DNA from: a virus
Lineage: Duplodnaviria; Caudoviricetes
Virus record (IMG/VR): IMGVR_UViG_3300032332_001787
Location: 166,098-230,097 of that record
Direction: 5' to 3' (one strand)
DNA length: 64,000 nucleotides
In this document: piece after piece, positions 1 to 11,200 of the stretch
Position numbering within the stretch: position 1 is the stretch's first letter
Layout of the letters: each line of letters starts with the position of its first letter
Program-made: the position numbers and the translations under genes
Notes under the pieces: model-generated
The model's database searches: none
Told to the model about the DNA's origin: nothing
The model's input: the letters and a program-made list of their open reading frames with translations, nothing else

Positions 1-1202
1 TTAGATCTATGAGGTATCACTCCAGTAACACTATTTCCTTTTAATAACTTAAGACCAGATGGACAATTCTTTATTTCATCTGTGATATTATCCGATGATG
101 GAGCAAGCTCTGGGCCTTCGTTGGTGGCATAAAATACATCTCCAGGAGATATATATAAATCAACCCCCTTAATTGGCCGACTATCTATAGCATCTTTATC
201 ATAATATCTATACCAACATAAAATACCAGAATTATAATTCCATTTCCAATGAGAGCCTATTTTTTCATTTTTTACAAATATATTGTCATATGTGTTTCTA
301 GAAAAGCCATATGGTGTTTTTTGAAAATTTTCTATAGGTGGTAATAGGTCGTTAATGTTTTTTGAAACTAGTGTCTGATCTGACTCGCCAATAAGACCAG
401 AGAACATAGGATAATATGGATTCAGTCCTGAATATGAAGGGTTTAACTGCGTTAAAATAAAATTACCACATGTTTTACTAACTTGTAAAGATTTATTATA
501 TGCTTTTTTATGCTGATCACTAGTATCATATTGTGAAGTTATAATATCATATGGAATTTCTCCGATACTTTCTTTAAGTTTCCAATCAATCATGATTGGA
601 GGAGAAGATGAAAAACTACTAAGACTATTATTTGGAAAACTAATAAAATGTTGGAATCCTAAACCAGGATTATTTGTAGATGGAAATTGATATAGGTGTT
701 TAAAATCATAAAATTTGGTTAAACTAATTTGATTGAGAGTTGGTATCTTTGGTAGATAATCATCTTTCTTCATCATTGTATCACAAGCGCCGTTACAACA
801 ATTAGAATTAATATATTGAGATTGTAATTGTCCATAAATATTAATTACTTGACGAACATTATTATCAGTATCTTTAAGTTGCCAACTTTTAGAATATGAC
901 ATTGTTGGATCACAATAATTACAAATTAAATTATTATCTGTTTCTAGAACATCATAATTATATGGTAATGGAGCACAATTAACTGGATCAAAAGACGATG
1001 AAACAGAGCTACCAGCCTGTGAAAGAATATCTGCTTTAGTTAGGGTAGAATCAGTTGATTTAATAATTATTGGTAGCCAAATACCACTAGTTTCAACATT
1101 AAAAGATGGTACTAGTCTGCTTAATCTGCTTATGTCTATAGAAGCATTAGTATAATTAGCATCAAATAATAATGGTCTATTATATATATTACAACAACTC
1201 AT
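1..1202 (-). CDS. Partial ORF (>=400 aa, runs off the left edge); probable tail-tip/virion structural protein
   Basis: Not in the ORF track. ATG at 1202 lies just after the TAA of the 1796-aa gene. Manual translation MSCCNIYNRPLLFDANY...GVIPHRS has no stop before position 1. Function inferred from position only. Confidence 0.75.
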   Translation of the reverse strand, partial: MSCCNIYNRPLLFDANYTNASIDISRLSRLVPSFNVETSGIWLPIIIKSTDSTLTKADILSQAGSSVSSSFDPVNCAPLPYNYDVLETDNNLICNYCDPTMSYSKSWQLKDTDNNVRQVINIYGQLQSQYINSNCCNGACDTMMKKDDYLPKIPTLNQISLTKFYDFKHLYQFPSTNNPGLGFQHFISFPNNSLSSFSSSPPIMIDWKLKESIGEIPYDIITSQYDTSDQHKKAYNKSLQVSKTCGNFILTQLNPSYSGLNPYYPMFSGLIGESDQTLVSKNINDLLPPIENFQKTPYGFSRNTYDNIFVKNEKIGSHWKWNYNSGILCWYRYYDKDAIDSRPIKGVDLYISPGDVFYATNEGPELAPSSDNITDEIKNCPSGLKLLKGNSVTGVIPHRS

Positions 1203-1204
1203 TA

Positions 1205-4200
1205 TTAGCACCTATAAGATTGAAGCACCCATCCACTGCCTATGAATGTAAAGATACCCATATCCCCCTGAGAGACATTAAAACTTAATGGATTGTTATA
1301 TGTTGTTGTATATCTCTCATCTGTAGTTCCTGTACTATAAACCTTATAGATATCAACTGTTGTTGAGCCATTAATAATTCCAGAAGTAATATATGGGCGA
1401 TTATATATTGGTTCATAAAAACCATTTTTACTATCATATTTACAATAAATTTGCGCACCTCGTGGTGCTGGATTAATACCGAGGGTATCCTTGACAAAAA
1501 CTAATCTTCTTAAGCCATCTGGTAAAATTTCATTAGATGCAATATCTCCAATAATTTCTCCTCTAGATGGTTGATTACCTATAAGATCAGTTTCTATAAT
1601 AATCCATACAGGCTTATAATTAGATCCTACTGTCCAAACTCCAGCAGCAGCGTCCCATCTTAGATCTACCGGCCCAACTGGCCATGTTCCTGGTAATTGT
1701 CCCCAACCTTTATAGAAAGAATTTTCTTTATAGGGTTTAGTCCATGTTCCATCAGGTTTTTGCGTTTGATTCTTATACAGAATATTATTATTGGAGTCTT
1801 TAACTACGGCACCGTTTTGTATTTTTGGCTCTCCAGAAGCATTTGGTACAGGATAGCCCTCTAGATCATAGCCCCAACCATGTACCATTAAGGGGCCTCG
1901 TAAACCAAAAAATCTCATATTATTTGCTGGAGTAATAGGCATTTGTGCAACACCATTGCTAGCACAATAATCAACATAGTTAAGGTCATATGCTGCAAAA
2001 TTTTTAATAGGATCGGCACCGAATGAAGGTTTCAAAGAGTTTGCACCCTCTGGAACACTTAATCCAAAGCCAACTAAGTCTATGCTGTGAACAGTAGTAT
2101 CTCCGGTTTGTCTATTTTGAACGCACCCAAATTCCCCACTAGATAGTAAAATAGGATTTAAGGTTGCATAATTAATAATTGGATTGCCACTTATGCCGCT
2201 CAAAGCATTTAAACTATTTCTAGAAATAATAGTACGATCATCTCCACTAGCTAAAACATATGGTGGAAACATTTCTTTTGGTGAGGCACTAATAAATTTT
2301 CTTTTATCTTTATCTTCCTGTGTTTCACAAAATGGACAAGGAGTAATAATAGTTGTAGTTTTTGTATTAATAATATCAGCTAATGTTGATGGAAGAGCAT
2401 TTCCTCTAACATTTAATTTATCATAGCTATAGCTGTTTGTTCCTTTACATGATGGACATCCACTTCGAGGATATTTTGTAATACTATATGTAGAACCATA
2501 AGGAGTTGGATAAAAAGATATTGGAGACAGTATTCCATCCAAGCTCATGAAAGATTTTCTATCATAATCATCTTTGAATTCTCTTGGTAATTCTTGAATA
2601 TCCTGTACAGCAACATTGGTAAGATATCTTAACATATCTTTAGAATTATAGTCAGCGCCAAGAGAGTACGGCTTTTGAGACCATTCTGGACCAAAACCCA
2701 AAGAAGCAACAGCATCAGTGATAGAACTATTTTGATTTAGTTGTGGGTATGCTCCACCTGCTAATACCTCAAAGGGACTCCATCTCAATGGTTTGGGACT
2801 ATCTGCAGAGCCGATACTATTTAAAGCAGCAAATGTATTTTGTACTGGGCCGTTTATTGCATTTATTCTATTATTAATTTCTTTTTTGCGTTTATAGGTC
2901 TCCATACCTAGTTGTTTAATTCTGTCTGCATTTTCTTTATTAAAGAAACCTATTTTTCTAGTATAAGTTCTCATATTATATGTTGTTGAAATACCACCTT
3001 CGCTAACGCTAATGGTTAGATTACTAACAATAGGTCCAGCTGTGGCATCAGCAGTAAGAGAAAGTATACTGCCCATACTGTATGCATTACCATCATTACC
3101 AGTAAGAACCACCCCAGGTACAGTAATAGATCCTTGTTCTGTTACTTGTTGATAGCTGATATCGTCTCTAATCCTATTCATAACAGCAGCATCTAGGGGA
3201 TCCATACCTCCGTAATTCCATGGAACAAGCTCATCTTGTTCTTCTACTCTGGATCCACCCACTAAATTATTTACAAAATTATCTACATTACTATAGCCAG
3301 GAAAAATTTGATCACCAACTAAACCAGGATGATTAATCCATGGTCCATATGTAGCTAAATTAAATTGTATGGGAATTGCAGCAAAAGCTGGACAAGCTGC
3401 TTTTTTCATTATCGACACATTTTCAGCGGAACTATTAATGGACAAGCTTGGTGGACTAGACTGCACCAACCTACCTGCTCCAGCAATACCCCAATGAAAT
3501 AATAGTGTATTTATTCCTATATTTTGTCTAATATTATTTCCTGCTCCAGCTCCGTTGGGTCTGGTTGGTCTTCTGCTCATGTCTGGATTGAGTCTGCAAA
3601 TAGCATCGTGCAAAGTAACAAAAAATAAAGAATCATCAGCATCATTTTTACCGCCGCCTATTGAAATCTCAGCCGGTAATTTCACAATAACTCTTGGTTG
3701 ATTATCTATATAAATTATTTGTTCTTCAACATCTGACTTAACATACATCTTATATACCCAATTGTCTGGTACAGATACTCCGTGAGCAGTCTTAATTCCT
3801 AATGCTGCTCCAGCAAAATTACCTCCAGATAATCCTGCTCTAGCTTGTGCAGGACTTTGGTATGGTATGTAAACATAATTTTCCGAGGGAAGAGAATGTT
3901 CAAGAGGAAAATAGAAATACTCTCCTTGTCCCAATCCTGCGCTAGCTCTTGAGGTTCTGAATCGAATAGAATTTAAAGCAAAAGGATTATTCCTAATAGG
4001 ATATAAATTTTGCATAGCCCACATATCTCTGGTTGCTAATTCTCCACAGGCATTAAATCCTAAGATAGGTTTAATTTTACCATCATCTTCTGTGAATAAA
4101 TCTGCTGTTGTTGAACCAATAACAATTGTATCGTCAATAACATTACCATATTCTTCCCAGGCTCCATCTTTAGATACCTGCCAATCAGTATATATTTTAC

Positions 4201-6595
4201 CAGATCCTGATAAAGAAACATTTCCAAATGTAATTTTTAAATCTCCTTCCCTATACCATCTCATTTTAGGAGTTCTGACCATATATTGTTTACCATAATA
4301 CTCCTTAGCTATATTATCAAAAAAATGATGAATTTTTTGTAAATCAGCATATAATAATTTCATATATGGTTGAGCATTTTCCATTTTGATAGCATACGGT
4401 CTAGGATCCTGAGACTGAGTCGCTGAAGATTTTTTAACAGAATTCCAGTTTACAACTCCTAGTCCAGCAAGGAAATTTTCTTTATTAGCAAAAGCTCCGT
4501 ATGTTCTTTTGAATGCAACATAGATTAAATCAGCAATATCTGTATTAAAAATATTATCAAAACAATAACTAAACCATGCTTCAAATCCAGATCCTGCTGC
4601 TCTTATTTCATTTTCTAATACAACAAATTCCCCATTAGACATATATGGTTGAGATAATATTGTAGTAATATCATTAGTTCTAAATTGTATTTGTAATTGA
4701 CCTGTCGCCTGATCCCAAAATACTTTTCTTGGCTCATTCATATTAACAGCATCGGTTTGATCTGTTTGTAAATGGCCGTGTGTTCCAAAATATGGACAAA
4801 TTAAATCATTATATAACACATAACTAGTTCTTGTTAAAGGACTAGCGTTTGTTGGTTGTGTAGGTACGGTTTCTGTAGGATAATAATTACCTAATGGAAT
4901 ATCAAATGAATTACCAAAAGTAACTTGCGTATTAAAGTCGGCAGCGGTATTAATTTGACCAACTGCTGATCCTCCATCAGTAGATAATTGAGAATATCTG
5001 GTGCTCCCCTCATTTGGTACTCGTATATTATTAGCAAAAGAAGAATCTATAGGCATGAATGATCCAGTTCCATTATTAGAATATGGATCAAAAACCATAC
5101 TATTTTGTTTTATTGCTAAATGTATGGACTGAACTTGTAATAGTCTTTTTTGTTTACCTCCTATATACATAGCTCTAACATTTTTATCAGTAAATTCTTG
5201 TCCATAACTAAAATTACTAACTTTTAAACCTTGATTTACTAGATTTTCTACAATAGTTTTAATAACCTCTTTTTGAGGCTGTATTCTTTTACTAACTGTT
5301 TTTATTTTAATAATACCAGAATAGTTGGCATTAGTAGAAGGTTCAAATGACACATAAAAATCATAACCAGAACCCTCACAGATATCAGTAATAAATTGTA
5401 ATATATTAATAGTAGCAGATGGTATATATAGATCATTAGGTGGAATAGGAACTTCGCTTATATCAAGATAAAATAAACTTCTATTGATACCATCAATAGC
5501 AGCAACGCTCTTACAAATACCGCAATCTTCAAGAGTAACCGAGGTTCCAGTTGAAGATGTTACTATGTTCTGATCTGTAGTACAATAAGTCCCATCTGTT
5601 TTTACTATATGTTTTCCAACTATAAATCCATATGGAGAATATTGATTCTTAGTACCAGTAGTTAAATCTTTAAGAGCATTATAAATCTGTAGAGCTGATA
5701 CTCCATTAGATGTTTTTCCGGCCGTGCCAAATCCCATACTTTCTAGATAGCCATAAACATTAAATACATTAGGCAAATTACCGTGTTTAATATTTGCAGA
5801 ATAAGCTCCTGTTGTTAAACTAGGAACAGCAATGTCGTCATTAATACTAGTAGAAATTGATCCTGTGTAATTATCAATTATAAGCCAAGAGCCAGAAAGT
5901 AAACTAGCATAACTCCTAATCTCTACATCATATAATGGAGTTCCTCCTTGTCCACCCATAGCTTTCCATCCGTGAATGTATCCTCCCATTGCTATGCCAT
6001 CAGCAAATTTAAAGTAAACAGGAGTTCCTATAATATCATATCCGTCTCTGATAATATCTCCTTGATCATCTTTCTTTGGCAAGCCTAGGAAGCCAATATC
6101 AGGATCTAGCCATAATTTGCTGCTTGATCCATCTGATTTATATAATATCTTACCACTATCAATATCTGTTGCAGATTGTGCTAGTTCAGCAGTAATGTCT
6201 TTGTGTAAATTTTTATATTGGTCTACAGATGCTGAATTTTCATCCGCTGATACTGTATATTTCGTATTTATACTACCATTGCTGGTGCTGTTTTCAGTAT
6301 AATACTGTGGATTGCTTAATTCTAATGCAGATGACCTGAGAGCAGGGTCATTAAATGAATTAGATATTTTTTTATCATTATTTGTGGATGTAACTCTTGA
6401 ATTTAATGCTCCAAACTGATTAGCTAAAGGATGATAAGACTTATCATCTACTAAACTAACTGTTAAAGTGCTTTGTTCAGCACCCCATCCTAAACTCATA
6501 TTAAAATTAGTAATACTACATCCCAAAAATAAAGTTTGTTGATATGGTCCAACTTCTCTATATGAACCACCACAAGTTTTAACTGTTCTTGGCAT
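1205..6595 (-). CDS. Large tail-tip / baseplate hub-like protein (1796 aa) with CxxC...CxxC insertion
   Basis: Long ORF with an AGGA SD-like sequence upstream. Third gene after the TMP, where Tal/hub proteins usually sit. Beta-rich composition; CPSC...CPFC near the C-terminus. Confidence 0.55.
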   Translation of the reverse strand: MPRTVKTCGGSYREVGPYQQTLFLGCSITNFNMSLGWGAEQSTLTVSLVDDKSYHPLANQFGALNSRVTSTNNDKKISNSFNDPALRSSALELSNPQYYTENSTSNGSINTKYTVSADENSASVDQYKNLHKDITAELAQSATDIDSGKILYKSDGSSSKLWLDPDIGFLGLPKKDDQGDIIRDGYDIIGTPVYFKFADGIAMGGYIHGWKAMGGQGGTPLYDVEIRSYASLLSGSWLIIDNYTGSISTSINDDIAVPSLTTGAYSANIKHGNLPNVFNVYGYLESMGFGTAGKTSNGVSALQIYNALKDLTTGTKNQYSPYGFIVGKHIVKTDGTYCTTDQNIVTSSTGTSVTLEDCGICKSVAAIDGINRSLFYLDISEVPIPPNDLYIPSATINILQFITDICEGSGYDFYVSFEPSTNANYSGIIKIKTVSKRIQPQKEVIKTIVENLVNQGLKVSNFSYGQEFTDKNVRAMYIGGKQKRLLQVQSIHLAIKQNSMVFDPYSNNGTGSFMPIDSSFANNIRVPNEGSTRYSQLSTDGGSAVGQINTAADFNTQVTFGNSFDIPLGNYYPTETVPTQPTNASPLTRTSYVLYNDLICPYFGTHGHLQTDQTDAVNMNEPRKVFWDQATGQLQIQFRTNDITTILSQPYMSNGEFVVLENEIRAAGSGFEAWFSYCFDNIFNTDIADLIYVAFKRTYGAFANKENFLAGLGVVNWNSVKKSSATQSQDPRPYAIKMENAQPYMKLLYADLQKIHHFFDNIAKEYYGKQYMVRTPKMRWYREGDLKITFGNVSLSGSGKIYTDWQVSKDGAWEEYGNVIDDTIVIGSTTADLFTEDDGKIKPILGFNACGELATRDMWAMQNLYPIRNNPFALNSIRFRTSRASAGLGQGEYFYFPLEHSLPSENYVYIPYQSPAQARAGLSGGNFAGAALGIKTAHGVSVPDNWVYKMYVKSDVEEQIIYIDNQPRVIVKLPAEISIGGGKNDADDSLFFVTLHDAICRLNPDMSRRPTRPNGAGAGNNIRQNIGINTLLFHWGIAGAGRLVQSSPPSLSINSSAENVSIMKKAACPAFAAIPIQFNLATYGPWINHPGLVGDQIFPGYSNVDNFVNNLVGGSRVEEQDELVPWNYGGMDPLDAAVMNRIRDDISYQQVTEQGSITVPGVVLTGNDGNAYSMGSILSLTADATAGPIVSNLTISVSEGGISTTYNMRTYTRKIGFFNKENADRIKQLGMETYKRKKEINNRINAINGPVQNTFAALNSIGSADSPKPLRWSPFEVLAGGAYPQLNQNSSITDAVASLGFGPEWSQKPYSLGADYNSKDMLRYLTNVAVQDIQELPREFKDDYDRKSFMSLDGILSPISFYPTPYGSTYSITKYPRSGCPSCKGTNSYSYDKLNVRGNALPSTLADIINTKTTTIITPCPFCETQEDKDKRKFISASPKEMFPPYVLASGDDRTIISRNSLNALSGISGNPIINYATLNPILLSSGEFGCVQNRQTGDTTVHSIDLVGFGLSVPEGANSLKPSFGADPIKNFAAYDLNYVDYCASNGVAQMPITPANNMRFFGLRGPLMVHGWGYDLEGYPVPNASGEPKIQNGAVVKDSNNNILYKNQTQKPDGTWTKPYKENSFYKGWGQLPGTWPVGPVDLRWDAAAGVWTVGSNYKPVWIIIETDLIGNQPSRGEIIGDIASNEILPDGLRRLVFVKDTLGINPAPRGAQIYCKYDSKNGFYEPIYNRPYITSGIINGSTTVDIYKVYSTGTTDERYTTTYNNPLSFNVSQGDMGIFTFIGSGWVLQSYRC

Positions 6596-6613
6596 AATTA
6601 TTAGTCCTAAATA

Positions 6614-8233
6614 CTATGTATAACACTTAACCCATTCCCATGTTTTTTCCTTATTAAGTCTACCTTCAGAAACATTCCAATTAGAAGTATCACTTTTAAT
6701 ATAAGCTCTTATGCCTCCATTATTAATAGTTGATCCAATTTGTGGATTAGTTGTTAAATTTTGAGGATTAAAAGAGTCTACTAATGATGTAATAGCAGAG
6801 TAATGTGTCGGGTTAAAGGTAATATCTCTTAAACTACTAGGTTTAGGAAAAACTACTTCAAAATTTACTCTTCTAGTTGATGAAGTGACAGTTCCTAAAT
6901 CTTGTAATATTGGTCCAAGTTGTCTTCCTAAAACAAAAATAGATGCTATTATTGGAGTTGCAAAAGTATCATCCACAGATAATGTTTCACTTATTGATCC
7001 TGGAATTAGGTTTAAAGGTCTATTATTATAACTAAAATTATAGGTTATGCTACCCTCAGCTGGATTAAATCCTTCTGTTATTGAGATTGGGATAGGGTGC
7101 AGCATACTTTCATTTCTTCCAAAAGCAGTACTAAAATTAAAACCACAAGAGCTGCTATTAGTAGTTGATGCCGAAGGTATAAAATTACGTGCTCTATTAT
7201 AAATATCGCATTTAATTCCACTATATCCACTCATGGCATTATAAAATTTATATCCATTATTACTAATTCTAGTATTAGCAGTATTGATTTGTTGTAGGGA
7301 GCCAGCCAAAGTATTATTGGTTAAATAGGGAGCTCCTGCTGAAGTATAAATATTACCACTCTGAAAAGGCTCTAATCCTTTGATTGTACCCTGAACAGTA
7401 ACAGTTCTCATCATAGATTGGTCTAAAGAACTTTCAATAGTAAAAGATTCTGTATATGGTAAAGCTCCAGCTGGAACACCTATCCAATTATCTGTTATTC
7501 TATACGACCCCTCCGTATCGCTAGTATTAATGCTTCTTACAAAATTATATAAAGTTAATCCAGCAATAATGCCAGTATATTGTGGAGTTATTGGCAAATG
7601 AAAATTCACCCATTCTTTAGCATGTTTTACTGGTGTTTTAGTTCCGCTAACCTCATTATTTTGGTCTGGAATATATTTACCAACAGCGCCTAAAGTTCTG
7701 CTAATTCTATAGAAAGGATAATTATTTCCTTGAATGAAGGGCACTGATCCAAATCCTACCATTCCAAAATTTATCGGAGTATTACTATAAGAATTTTCGT
7801 CTATTGTTTCTATATTCCAATCATCTTGTGTACTACTAACATAAAAAATACCACTACCAGTATTAGCTATTTCTGATGTTAGATCAATACTATAATCAAT
7901 TGTTGTTGTCCATTGGTTTTCAGTTTTACTAGCATTATATCTTCCTATTTTAATTCCACTAAATATTGAACTAGTAGATCCACAACTAATATTTAGATTA
8001 CCTCCATCTTTAGAAAAAACTTGCCTTAATCCACTTTCTAGTGCTAATAATTGATCAAATCCTTTATCTCCGCTTCCACTATAAATTTTTCCTTCTAAAA
8101 CAATAGATGCTGTGGTTCCTATGTGTCGTCCGCCACCATCTCTTTGAAACTCTTGAGATATTGATACTGCCGGAACAGGATATCCGCTGGATCCAAGAAA
8201 AGCCCAGTTATTATAAGTTATTGACGCTGCCAT
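6614..8233 (-). CDS. Putative distal tail / tail-tip protein (539 aa)
   Basis: Lies downstream of the TMP. Repeated beta-strand patterns (SISQEF..SIVLEG; ESFTIE..TVTVQG; SETLSV..RVNFEV) resemble tube/Dit-type folds. Inferred. Confidence 0.5.
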   Translation of the reverse strand: MAASITYNNWAFLGSSGYPVPAVSISQEFQRDGGGRHIGTTASIVLEGKIYSGSGDKGFDQLLALESGLRQVFSKDGGNLNISCGSTSSIFSGIKIGRYNASKTENQWTTTIDYSIDLTSEIANTGSGIFYVSSTQDDWNIETIDENSYSNTPINFGMVGFGSVPFIQGNNYPFYRISRTLGAVGKYIPDQNNEVSGTKTPVKHAKEWVNFHLPITPQYTGIIAGLTLYNFVRSINTSDTEGSYRITDNWIGVPAGALPYTESFTIESSLDQSMMRTVTVQGTIKGLEPFQSGNIYTSAGAPYLTNNTLAGSLQQINTANTRISNNGYKFYNAMSGYSGIKCDIYNRARNFIPSASTTNSSSCGFNFSTAFGRNESMLHPIPISITEGFNPAEGSITYNFSYNNRPLNLIPGSISETLSVDDTFATPIIASIFVLGRQLGPILQDLGTVTSSTRRVNFEVVFPKPSSLRDITFNPTHYSAITSLVDSFNPQNLTTNPQIGSTINNGGIRAYIKSDTSNWNVSEGRLNKEKTWEWVKCYT

Positions 8234-8269
8234 ATTTTTAATCCTAAATATTGTCTTAAATAAGATAAT

Positions 8270-11200
8270 TTATCTTGATCCAGTTAAAAGACCGGCCGGA
8301 TGATTTAATTGATTAATTTGAACAGTAGCTGACCATAATGCTGTTGTATTTGAAACTCCTGAAGCAACTATACTAAGTCTAGGAACTGATCCATTGGTCG
8401 AAGTATCAAGATCCAATCTAGTACCAATGCCCATGCCAATTGGTAGTCCTGGAAGTCCAGCAGCAACACCGCTTTGGTATACTTTGGTAGTTTCATCTCC
8501 TAATTTTGTAAAAATATTCCCATCAGTTGATCTAAAAATAGCTCCTTCAATAGTCATCGCAGCGGCAAAATTTCTAGAACTATCAGAATTATTATTATCA
8601 TGCCATAATACAGAAGCTATTATTTTATAATTCCAAACATTATCATATAAAAGACCATTAGTATTTTTCAAAGTAACTGTATTATTTTGAGATTCTTGTC
8701 TTGGGTTATCTTTAGTAAAGTCTGTGGTTAAAGGCACAGCATTAGCTCCAAAAGAAGGGGTTCGACATCTTAGATAATATTGAACATATTGACTTGAACC
8801 AGTATATTTTTCAGTTTCGGTTCCACTATCAAGAAACGAACCCCCAGCAAAAGCATGGGTATGATATGTATCATTTATTTTTGGACGATATCCAAATTCT
8901 ATTCCTGGCATTGTTTTTAAATTTTGGCTGGTAGTAAGAGGGTCTAGTTGTGGAATTTTTAATCCATATGATAAATCCCAACTACTTCCATTAAATATCA
9001 AAAATCGACCATTTCCATTTACTGTCAGAGATTCTCCGCTTTTATTTGTTTTTGATAGTCCAAATTCTACTTTAAATGCATTGTCTAAACCGAGCGATTT
9101 AGCTTCTGCATATAATGGATACATTCCAGTAAATTGTGTTTTTAAATCTAAAGTACTAAATCTAATATTTCCACTAATATCAGTTCGTAGATATAGTCCT
9201 TCTGTAGTTCCTTGTCCAATTCTTAAACTATCTGTGGAAATTTTACCATTTACAAATAATGCACTATCATTGGTCTTAGAATCATCTTTTACATAATTAA
9301 CTATAACATTTCCAGTTGGACCTATATGAAAACCTCTCCTATTATTTAACTGACCAGATTCAATAACTGAAAAAGTATTAGATAAACCAAGATTATTAAA
9401 AACAGTATCAATATTATTGTTAGAACTGAGTAATATATTATACTTTGTATTGGGTATATTAAGATCTAAAATATCATTACTTACTACTCCTGTTGATCCT
9501 AATACTAGTGTTGACTGATTATCTATCCATCTGAAAGATGTATTTCCAGTAGCCCACGATTTGTCATTTGAAAATAGAATACTATATGGTCTTAAAACAG
9601 CATTTGATAGTTTGCCGCTGCCATCTACATACAAAAATGTTCCGGTCAAATTTCTAGGAGCAGTAATATTATCATATACAACTAAATTGTTTAGTATGCC
9701 AGAGTTACCACTAGTATTAAAGAAATCTATTCTGTGCTGACTAAAATTAGTATTAAGCAAAACTTTAGCAAAATCTGATCCACCACTGCCTCTAATTTTT
9801 AATCCATAGGTTAAGCCCTCATCATTAACCAACAGGCCAGATGATGTGATATATAAACCATTGTCTCCGCCTAAATTAAAATTAAGAGATTTACTAGATG
9901 GATCATAGTTAATTTCTGATATACCACTAGCAACTTTATCATTAACCCTATAAAGTAATGAGCCATTATTTCCAGAAGTTCTGAATGGCAATTGCCATGT
10001 TCCTACTCCATTAATATTAGATGTTAATACATATTGATCTGGTGATGAAAATGCTATTCTGATGCCACTAGTATGAGTAATTCCGCTAACAGACAAATCA
10101 GAAGTTGGATTATTGGTATTAATACCTAGATAATTATTGTTTAAATTAATATTCAATATGGATGAGCTGTCTGTGCTAGACTTAACAATAATGTTATCCT
10201 GCACTGCTCCAGAGTTAAATACTATTTTATCATTGTCTAATATTATTTTATTTCTATTATTTGTGCCAATATATAGAGTATTATTGGCTACTCCACTCAT
10301 GCCAAATCCTACCACAACATTTCTCACGCCAGAAACATTATTATTATATCCAACAATAATACCACTACTAAACATATATCTATTATTAGAGCCAACAATT
10401 ATATTATCTGATCCATATACTGGATTAGTTTCTGGCCCACCTAATCCGTTACCTTGTTGATATGGCATTACTAATCCACTAATATTAGTATTTGGTTGAT
10501 TGTTATCATCAAAACTATTATTAATAGAATAATATCCATTATTAGCATTAATAGCTATGGCGTTAGTAAAAGTTAATGTTGTAGTATTATCTATAGAATT
10601 TTCTACGATATCAGAAATTTCTCTTATGAAAGTATTAGCCACAGAAGGAGGATTTTGCAGACAAAGGAGGGCGCTGTCTCCTATAGTATATTTATTAGCT
10701 ACATTCAATGATGGAATAGTAATAGTATACGTTGTTAAAGTATCTGTAACAAATTGATGTCTGATAAGACCAAGCGTATTATTTCTTCCATAAATTAAAT
10801 TATTTATTCCATGAGATTGATTAGCTGTACCAATAACTATTCCACTAGACACTAATTGATTATATCCTATAACAATATTTCCGCTTCCAAAAACGTCCAT
10901 TTTACTATTGGCTGTATTAAATATCACAGACTCATGGCCTATAGCAGATATCTTGCTACCTACTGCTCCTAATTTATCTCCAACTAGGAAGTTAGAATTT
11001 CCCATACTATATGTGTTGGAAGAGTTTTTAAGATTATTATATGACCCTATAACATTAATGCTGGATCCTGATGCAAAATTTTTATTTCCTAATAATACAT
11101 TAGTATTACCATTTTGTATTACATTATTAATACCAGCTATAATAGAATTATTTATAGTTCCAGAAATACGTCTGGGTGTGCCGCTTATTGAACCAACAGA

